The position numbers were made by a program, and so were the translations under genes. Positions 57,481-64,000 of a stretch of DNA of 64,000 nt are shown here, piece after piece (within the stretch, counting starts at the first letter, position 1; each line of letters begins with the position of its first letter). Under the pieces are notes generated by a model. The model was given only the letters and a program-made list of their open reading frames with translations. It did not search any database and was not told the origin of the DNA. The DNA lies in NCBI GenBank assembly GCA_025361165.1, contig JANYAU010000115.1, positions 836 to 64,835 on the forward strand. Reading direction: 5' to 3'. Source of the stretch: Betaproteobacteria bacterium (GTDB lineage: Bacteria; Pseudomonadota; Gammaproteobacteria; Burkholderiales; Thiobacteraceae).

Positions 57481-58616
57481 TTGAACCACAATTTCATGCT
57501 GTCCCAGGTGCGGCCGAATAGCCCCGCCACGTTCACATTTTCCAGTGATTGCAAAGGCAAAGTGACGATCGGTTTACCTTCTACGTTTACTGTGACGGTG
57601 CCTACGGCTTGTCCCGGAATTAAAGGCGCAAGCAACGGTTGGCGGCTGGTGAGAGTGACCTTGGCGTGCGCGTAGTAGCCCTTGGGCAGGGACAGGAACA
57701 CGTCATGGGTGAACCCGGTTTTGACGCTATTTTCGCTACCTTTATATACCGGCAGCGTGGCGATGGTTTGCCCCTTTTGATATAGGCGATAGGTTTCATA
57801 GAATTGGAAGCCGTAGTTGAGCAGCTTCTGGCTTTCCGCAGTGCGCGCGTTGTCGGAATTGGCGCCGAGCACCACCGAGATCAGCCGCATTTCGCTGCGC
57901 TTGGCGGAAGTGATGAGGCAGAAGCCGGCTGATTCAGTGTGGCCGGTTTTCATGCCATCCACAAACGGGTCTTGCCACAACAAGCGGTTGCGGTTGGGTT
58001 GCGTGATGTTGTTGTAGCGATATTCCTTGATCGAATACAGCGGGTAGTACTCGGGAAAATCACGAATCAGCGCCGCCGCGAGCACTGCCAAATCGCGCGC
58101 GGTGGAGTAGTGCTGCGCATGCGGCAGGCCGGTGGCATTCATGAAGTGTGTATTGCTCATGCCGAGGCGCTGCGCTTCGCGGTTCATCACCACCACGAAG
58201 GCATCCTCGCTCCCGGCGATGCCTTCGGCAAGCGTGATGCAGGCATCGTTGCCGGATTGCACGATCATACCTTTCATCAAATCCGCGACGGCTACTTGCG
58301 TATTCAGTTTGATGAACATGCGTGAACCTTCCGTGCGCCAGGCTTTTTCTGACACCGGTAAGGTCTGATCCAATTTCAATCGGCCCTGCTTGAGCGCGGT
58401 GAATGTCACATAGGCTGTCATCAGCTTGGTCAGCGACGCGGGCTCTACCCGCTCGTCGGGTTTTTGCGCTTGCAATACTTGGCCGCTTTGAAAATCCATG
58501 AGCACAAATGCGCGCGCGGCCACGTCGGGTGCGGGCGGTGGCGGCAGGAGTTGTGAATCAGCAGCGTGGACGAGACTAGCGAACCAAAAGGACAATACAA
58601 GGAAGAGTGTTTTCAT
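57477..58616 (-). CDS. dacC: D-alanyl-D-alanine carboxypeptidase (PBP5/6 family)
   Basis: 379 aa with a signal peptide and the SLTK (SxxK), SGN and KTG motifs. Confidence 0.93.
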   Translation of the reverse strand: MKTLFLVLSFWFASLVHAADSQLLPPPPAPDVAARAFVLMDFQSGQVLQAQKPDERVEPASLTKLMTAYVTFTALKQGRLKLDQTLPVSEKAWRTEGSRMFIKLNTQVAVADLMKGMIVQSGNDACITLAEGIAGSEDAFVVVMNREAQRLGMSNTHFMNATGLPHAQHYSTARDLAVLAAALIRDFPEYYPLYSIKEYRYNNITQPNRNRLLWQDPFVDGMKTGHTESAGFCLITSAKRSEMRLISVVLGANSDNARTAESQKLLNYGFQFYETYRLYQKGQTIATLPVYKGSENSVKTGFTHDVFLSLPKGYYAHAKVTLTSRQPLLAPLIPGQAVGTVTVNVEGKPIVTLPLQSLENVNVAGLFGRTWDSMKLWFK

Positions 58617-58666
58617 GGGCCTGTCTAGAAAATAAAAATTATAAGGTGGCGCGAACCGGCTCCAGC

Positions 58667-60397
58667 TTAAATGCTGTTTAGCCGCGCCAATAAACTGTGC
58701 ATTTTTTCGGATTCTTCGGTCTTCAACATTTTGGCCACGAGGCTGTGAATTTCCGGCAAGTTGGTTTTAAGCACTTGTTGCTTCACTGCCAGCAAATGCG
58801 CAGGATGCATGGAAAACTCGCGCAAGCCGAAGCCGAGCAGCAGGCGCGTGAGCTTGGGGTCGCCGCCCATCTCGCCGCATACCGCGACCGGCGTACCGAC
58901 GCGGTTCGCCGTGCGGATGGTGTGCGCCACCAATTGCAATACCGCCGGATGCAGCGGATCGTATAGATGCGCTACGGCGTCGTCGGTGCGGTCGATGGCG
59001 AGCGTGTATTGGATCAAGTCGTTGGTGCCGATCGACAGAAAATCTAATTTCTTGGCAAAGCTCTGCACCATGAGCGCGGCGGCGGGAATTTCGATCATGC
59101 CACCGACCTTGATGGCCTTGTCGTAGGGCGCGCCCTCTACATCCAAGCTCTCCTTGGCGGCGCGGATATGGTGCAGCGTCTGCTCCAGTTCCGAGAGCGT
59201 CGAGAGCATCGGCACCAGGATGTGAACCCGGCCGTAATGCGAGGCGCGCAAAATGGCGCGGATCTGGGTGCGGAACAAATGCGGTTCGGCTAGACATAAG
59301 CGAATCGCGCGCAGGCCCAGCGCCGGGTTCGCGCTTTGTCCGTGCTCCATTTGCGTGAGTTGTTTGTCCGCGCCCAAATCCAGCGTGCGGATGGTCACCG
59401 GCAAGCCTTTCAGCCCTTCCGCCACGGAACGGTAGGCGAGAAACTGCTCTTCCTCGTCCGGCAAGTCGGGCCGATTCATAAACAAAAATTCGCTGCGAAA
59501 TAAGCCGATACCGGCCGCGCCGTTGTCGCGCACCAGTGGCACGTCTTGCGGCAGTTCGATGTTGGCGTGCAACTCCACTGTTGTACCGTCGAGGGTGCGG
59601 GTCGCAGCGCTCGCCAGGCGCTTGAGTTTTTGCTGATCGATTTCCCATTGATTTTGCTTAATGCGGTATTCAGCCAGCACATGCTGGTCGGGATTGACGA
59701 TCACCACGCCTTGGCCGCCGTCCACAATCAGCAACTCGCGTTCGCGAATCAATTGCCGCGCATGGTGCAGCGCCACTACCGAGGGAATATTGAGGCTGCG
59801 CGCAAGAATCGCGGTGTGCGATGTGGCGCCGCCGACATCGGTGACGAAGGCCGCGAACTGGTGGCGCTTGAACAAGATCATGTCCGCCGGGGAGAGATCG
59901 TGCGCCACTAAAATACTGGCTTCCTCCGGTGTCGTGACGTTGGTCGGCACGCCGGGATGGCCGAGGAGCGCTTTCAGTACCCGCTCCACCACCTGAATCA
60001 CATCATTCTGGCGCTCGCGCAAATACGTGTCTTCGATGTTTTCGAATTGATCGAGCAGGTTTTCTAGCTGCTGCGTCAGCGCCCATTCCGCATTGCATTG
60101 CTGCGCTTCGAGCAACTGTCGCGGCACTTTGGACAGCGAGGAATCATTGAGTATCATCAAATGCACATCGAGGAAGGCTTCCACTTCCGGCGGCGCATTG
60201 GCGGGAATATGCGCGCGCATCGATTCCATCTCGTGGCGTGTGGCCTGAATCGCGCTATCGAAGCGCGCGGCTTCGGCGCTGATTAAGTGCTTGGGAAGTA
60301 CGTAATGCGGCACTTCGAGCGTGGCGTGCGAAACCAGATGCGCAAAGCCGATGGCGATGCCACCCGAGACGGCGACACCATGCATGGTAAAGCTCAT
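58667..60397 (-). CDS. ptsI: phosphoenolpyruvate--protein phosphotransferase (Enzyme I)
   Basis: 576 aa with the GGATSHTAILARS active-site His region and a PEP-utilising C-terminal domain. Confidence 0.96.
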   Translation of the reverse strand: MSFTMHGVAVSGGIAIGFAHLVSHATLEVPHYVLPKHLISAEAARFDSAIQATRHEMESMRAHIPANAPPEVEAFLDVHLMILNDSSLSKVPRQLLEAQQCNAEWALTQQLENLLDQFENIEDTYLRERQNDVIQVVERVLKALLGHPGVPTNVTTPEEASILVAHDLSPADMILFKRHQFAAFVTDVGGATSHTAILARSLNIPSVVALHHARQLIRERELLIVDGGQGVVIVNPDQHVLAEYRIKQNQWEIDQQKLKRLASAATRTLDGTTVELHANIELPQDVPLVRDNGAAGIGLFRSEFLFMNRPDLPDEEEQFLAYRSVAEGLKGLPVTIRTLDLGADKQLTQMEHGQSANPALGLRAIRLCLAEPHLFRTQIRAILRASHYGRVHILVPMLSTLSELEQTLHHIRAAKESLDVEGAPYDKAIKVGGMIEIPAAALMVQSFAKKLDFLSIGTNDLIQYTLAIDRTDDAVAHLYDPLHPAVLQLVAHTIRTANRVGTPVAVCGEMGGDPKLTRLLLGFGLREFSMHPAHLLAVKQQVLKTNLPEIHSLVAKMLKTEESEKMHSLLARLNSI

Positions 60398-60422
60398 GCG
60401 CTTCCTGACTGGGGGGAGGAGC

Positions 60423-60692
60423 TCATTCGCCCTCGCCGAATTTGTCGTTGATCAAAGTCAAAACGGCATGCATGGCGTCCGCTTCATCTGGGCCGTCGGT
60501 CTCGATGGCGATGGTGGTGCCTTTGGCGGCGGCCAGCATCATGACACCCATGATGCTTTTCGCGTTGACTTTGTTGCCGTTGCGCCCGAGATTGACTTCG
60601 CTCTTGAACTGATTCGCGATCTGCGACAGCTTGGCCGAGGCGCGCGCATGCAACCCCAGCTTATTGGTGATTTCAACGTCCTGTTGCAACAC
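60423..60692 (-). CDS. ptsH: HPr family phosphocarrier protein
   Basis: 89 aa with the GLHARAS His-15 region and the KS..G.M Ser-46 region. Confidence 0.93.
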   Translation of the reverse strand: MLQQDVEITNKLGLHARASAKLSQIANQFKSEVNLGRNGNKVNAKSIMGVMMLAAAKGTTIAIETDGPDEADAMHAVLTLINDKFGEGE

Positions 60693-61086
60693 GGCATGCT
60701 TCCTTTGACACTTCGATCACTCCTTCGCGTCCCCCGCTGATGGCTTTTTCCACTAGCACCGACAGCGGCTCATTACGGTAAGTGAGCACGCGTACCAACA
60801 TCGGCAAGTTCACGCCTGCTACCACTTCCAACTTCCCCGGTTGCATCATACGGCAGCACACATTACAAGGCGTGGCGCCGTACATATCGCTCAGCACCAG
60901 CACGCCGTCGCCCTGATCCAGTTCTTCAATCAAGGCCTCTGCGCGCGGCAAGAGCGTGCCGGGCTCGTCGTGCAGCGCGACACCCATTTGCGCCAAATGC
61001 GGCGGATGTCCGCCAAAGACGTGATTGGCACAGTGAATCAAGCTTTCGCCCAATGTGCCGTGGGCGATAATCAGAATCCCGATCAT
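60673..61086 (-). CDS. PTS EIIA component, mannose/fructose family
   Basis: MIGILIIAHG N-terminus with an active-site His. ATG 61086 follows AGGTG. It overlaps ptsH by 20 nt. Confidence 0.88.
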   Translation of the reverse strand: MIGILIIAHGTLGESLIHCANHVFGGHPPHLAQMGVALHDEPGTLLPRAEALIEELDQGDGVLVLSDMYGATPCNVCCRMMQPGKLEVVAGVNLPMLVRVLTYRNEPLSVLVEKAISGGREGVIEVSKEACRVATGR

Positions 61087-61131
61087 GAGAGACACCTGCT
61101 TTCTGTTCCGCGTTTCGCCGGTATTGCTTTT

Positions 61132-62154
61132 TTAGGGGCGCACCGGCTGGGCGCGCTGGGCCATGGTTTCCGACAAGGCTATTTTACCGCTTTCATCCAC
61201 GCGCATCGCGGCTTTGATGCCAAGGCGCAGGAGTTGGGTTTCCCAGCCGCTTGCATCGGCGATAAAGCCGGGCTTGGACGCAACATCCGAGAGCACGCCG
61301 GCATGGGGCCCGGGCGGTGCAAGCACGGTCAACGATTGGGTCTGGGATGCAGGATAGCCGGTGCGCGGATCGATGATGTGACAATAGCGCTTGCCATCAA
61401 GTTCAAAAAAACGCTGGTAATCGCCGGAAGTGCCAATCGCTTCGCCGTCACGCAAATCCAATTCGACGATTGCGCCCGGCTGACGCGGATGTTGCACCCC
61501 GATATGCCAAGGGTGCGCCCCGTGTTGCCCCAGCGCAATGAGATTGCCGCCGATGTTGACCAGCGCATTGTGGATGCCGTGGGCGCGCAAAATTTGCAGC
61601 GCATGATCCAACGCCAATCCCTTAGCATAGCCGCCAAAATCGAGTTGTACCGCGCGATTGCGACTGCTTGCCCAGCCCGCCGCGTCGATGCTGATATCGC
61701 TCATGCGTGGGTTAGCTTGGACTAAGGCCACGATTTTTTCCGGCGCCGGTTTGACCGGCTTGAACTCGTCGGATTGAAACCCCCACAAGGCAATCAACTG
61801 GCCAATGGCAGGGTTGAATAAATTATCCGAAGCTTTTGCATAATGGGTCGCGTCGCGAATCGCCGCCGCCAATTCGGGCGAGATCCGGTGTCGCTCGCCA
61901 CGGGCGAACGCCGCATTGAGTTCGGTCACCGGGCTCGGCTTCCAAGCGTGAAACGCATGGTGCAGTCGGTCGAATTCTTGCAGCACCGCGGCGCTGGCAG
62001 CGCGGGCTTGAGCGTTATTCACGCCGTAGATGCTGATCTCGACTTGGGTGCCGAAGACGAAGGATTGTTGCTGGTAGAGCGCTTCTTTGCTACAGCCACT
62101 GAAAGCCACGCACATGAACAAGGAAAAAATTGTGGTTAAAACGCCTTTCAGCAT
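61132..62154 (-). CDS. apbE: FAD:protein FMN transferase ApbE (lipoprotein)
   Basis: 340 aa with lipobox AFSGC and ApbE motifs (GGYAKG, TSGDYQR). Confidence 0.92.
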   Translation of the reverse strand: MLKGVLTTIFSLFMCVAFSGCSKEALYQQQSFVFGTQVEISIYGVNNAQARAASAAVLQEFDRLHHAFHAWKPSPVTELNAAFARGERHRISPELAAAIRDATHYAKASDNLFNPAIGQLIALWGFQSDEFKPVKPAPEKIVALVQANPRMSDISIDAAGWASSRNRAVQLDFGGYAKGLALDHALQILRAHGIHNALVNIGGNLIALGQHGAHPWHIGVQHPRQPGAIVELDLRDGEAIGTSGDYQRFFELDGKRYCHIIDPRTGYPASQTQSLTVLAPPGPHAGVLSDVASKPGFIADASGWETQLLRLGIKAAMRVDESGKIALSETMAQRAQPVRP

Positions 62155-63086
62155 TGCCGCTCTAGCGCGTCCACAAACATGCCCGCCACGTCGAACCCGG
62201 TCTGCGCGCTAATTTCTTGCATGCCGGTGGGGCTGGTGACATTGATTTCAGTGAGGTAATCGCCGATCACATCCAGGCCAACTAAGAATAAGCCGGCCGC
62301 TTTGAGCACGGGGCCGAGGGTCGCGGCGATGTCGCGGTCGCGTGGGGTGAGCGGTTGCGCCACGCCTTTGCCGCCGGCGGCCAGATTGCCACGCGTCTCG
62401 CCCGCTTTTGGGATGCGCGCCAGCGCATAAGGCACGGCCTCACCGTCGATGATTAAAATACGTTTATCGCCCTGGGCGATTTCCGGAATAAAGCGCTGCG
62501 CCATGATCGTGCGGTGGCCCAGCTCGGTCATGGTTTCCACGATGACATTCAGATTGACATCGGTGGCGGTGACGCGAAACACGCTCGCGCCGCCCATGGC
62601 GTCGAGCGGCTTCACGATCACGTCTTGGTGTTCGGTGATGAAGGCGTGAATCAACGCCGGCTGACGGGTCACCAGCGTCGGCGCCATGAATTGCGGAAAT
62701 TTGGCGATGGCCAGCTTCTCGTTGTAATCGCGAATCGCCGCGGGCTGGTTCAAAATATGCGCGCCCTGCGCTTCGGCCAGCTCCAGTAAGTAGGTGCTGA
62801 ACACATACTCCATATCGAAGGGCGGATCCTTGCGCATCAGCACCGCGTCGAACTCGGTGAGTGGCGTAGCGACAGCCTCTTCGAGCGCATACCAGCGCTT
62901 GGCGTCGTCCAGCATATCCAGTTTGCGTGCAAAGCCGATGACTTGATGATCGCGCAGTATGACATCGCCTTGCGCCATCACAGCTAGCGCATGTCCACGC
63001 TTTGCCGCTTCGCGCATGATGGCGAAGGTGGAATCCTTGTAGCTTTTGATGTGCTCGATCGGGTCGAGAATAATCGCGATGCGCAT
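62148..63086 (-). CDS. gshB: glutathione synthetase
   Basis: 312 aa with an ATP-grasp fold and N-terminus MRIAIILDPIE.IK..KDST. Confidence 0.96.
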   Translation of the reverse strand: MRIAIILDPIEHIKSYKDSTFAIMREAAKRGHALAVMAQGDVILRDHQVIGFARKLDMLDDAKRWYALEEAVATPLTEFDAVLMRKDPPFDMEYVFSTYLLELAEAQGAHILNQPAAIRDYNEKLAIAKFPQFMAPTLVTRQPALIHAFITEHQDVIVKPLDAMGGASVFRVTATDVNLNVIVETMTELGHRTIMAQRFIPEIAQGDKRILIIDGEAVPYALARIPKAGETRGNLAAGGKGVAQPLTPRDRDIAATLGPVLKAAGLFLVGLDVIGDYLTEINVTSPTGMQEISAQTGFDVAGMFVDALERQC

Positions 63087-63095
63087 CGGCTCGTT

Positions 63096-64000
63096 TTAAG
63101 CGGCGGCTTGTTCGAGATTGAGCGGATCGGTGCGCGCCAACTCAAGCGAGGCCGCGAGCAATGCCAAACGCGCCACCACGCCGTAAGTGTAAAAGCGATT
63201 CGGCGGCGCATCGGGGCGGCCGCCGCAGTCGGGCATGGAGCAAGGGGTCTCGAATGCGAGTGGCACGAAGTGCATGCCCGGCGCGTTGAGGTTTTCGTCC
63301 ACGCCGCGGCTGGTGTGCACGCGGTAGAAGCCGCCGACCACGAAGCGGTCGATCATGTATACCACCGGCTCGGCAACGGCTTCGTTGATGTTCTCGAAGG
63401 TGTACACGCCTTCTTGAATAATCACATCCGAGACATGCAAGCCTTCTTTCACCACCGACATTTTGTTGCGTTGTTTGCGGTTCAAGTCGCGCACATCATC
63501 CGGCGATTTGGCGGTCATGATGCCCATGCCGTAGGTACCGGCATCGGCTTTGACGATCACGAACGGCTCTTCTTGGATGTCGTGTTCTTTATATTTTACG
63601 CGGATCGAATCGAGCAAATGGGCGACGTGCTCGGCCAGACATTCTTCGCCTTCGCGCGTCTGAAAATCCACCCGGCCGCAGGTTTCGAAATACGGGTTGA
63701 TCATCCACGGATCGATACCAATCAATGCCGCGAAATTTTCCGCGACTTTGTTGTAAGCCGCGAAGTGGTTCGATTTGAGGCGCGTGGCCCAACCGGCATG
63801 CAGCGGCGGGATCACCGGCTGATCCAAGCCTTGCAGAATCGCCGGAATACCGGCCGACAAATCGTTGTTGAGGATAATGGCGCAGGGGTCGAAGCCATCG
63901 AGTTTCACGCGATTGCCATCGCGGATCAAGGGTTCGAGCACGAGTTGCTCGCCGTTCGGCAAGTCGATAGGGGTAGGCGCGGTGATCTCGGGAATCAGCG
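63096..64000 (-). CDS. gshA: glutamate--cysteine ligase (betaproteobacterial / T. ferrooxidans-type), N-terminus outside the window
   Basis: The frame is open to the window edge. It lies immediately upstream of gshB. From memory, the C-terminal sequence is typical of the family usually found next to gshB in betaproteobacteria. Confidence 0.8.
   Translation of the reverse strand, partial: LIPEITAPTPIDLPNGEQLVLEPLIRDGNRVKLDGFDPCAIILNNDLSAGIPAILQGLDQPVIPPLHAGWATRLKSNHFAAYNKVAENFAALIGIDPWMINPYFETCGRVDFQTREGEECLAEHVAHLLDSIRVKYKEHDIQEEPFVIVKADAGTYGMGIMTAKSPDDVRDLNRKQRNKMSVVKEGLHVSDVIIQEGVYTFENINEAVAEPVVYMIDRFVVGGFYRVHTSRGVDENLNAPGMHFVPLAFETPCSMPDCGGRPDAPPNRFYTYGVVARLALLAASLELARTDPLNLEQAAA

Overview
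This 64-kb window looks like a chromosomal segment from a moderately GC-rich proteobacterium. Gene content and order look betaproteobacterial, which is an inference: partial gshA, gshB, apbE, EIIA(Man)-ptsH-ptsI, dacC-dat-ybeD-lipB, pilT-pilU next to yggS-proC-yggT-yggU, atpIBEFHAGDC-glmU-glmS, phoBR, gltBD, hemE, priA, argS and lipA. I can support about 60 protein-coding genes, and nearly all are housekeeping. By eye I found no rRNA, tRNA or CRISPR array. The main non-core feature is a roughly 1.9-kb insertion 25 bp downstream of the glmS stop codon (23752-25648). It has Tn7-type terminal inverted repeats, three spaced TnsB-site-like repeats at the glmS-distal end and a candidate TCAGC target duplication, but no transposition genes. 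Its cargo is a promoter with a conserved leader and a 45-codon ORF, two small AT-rich membrane proteins, and a 160-nt multi-stem palindromic element. The promoter/leader/small-ORF module has a diverged second copy at the left edge of the window (721-946). There it precedes a Gly/Ala-rich peptide frame interrupted by an in-frame TGA and another small membrane protein. Other observations worth a second look:
- an ECF sigma factor paired with an anti-sigma factor that carries an extracytoplasmic DsrE-like (COG1416-type) domain;
- an AT-rich intergenic region with DnaA-box-like motifs between hemE and priA;
- a ParA / CheY / CheC-like / PAS-GGDEF operon lacking CheA, CheW and a receptor;
- a 544-aa protein with a split PilZ-like signature;
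- a dynamin-like GTPase coupled to the yggSTU cluster;
- REP-like hairpins built from tandem 9-mers.
All homology calls come from reading the translated ORFs. No database search was run.
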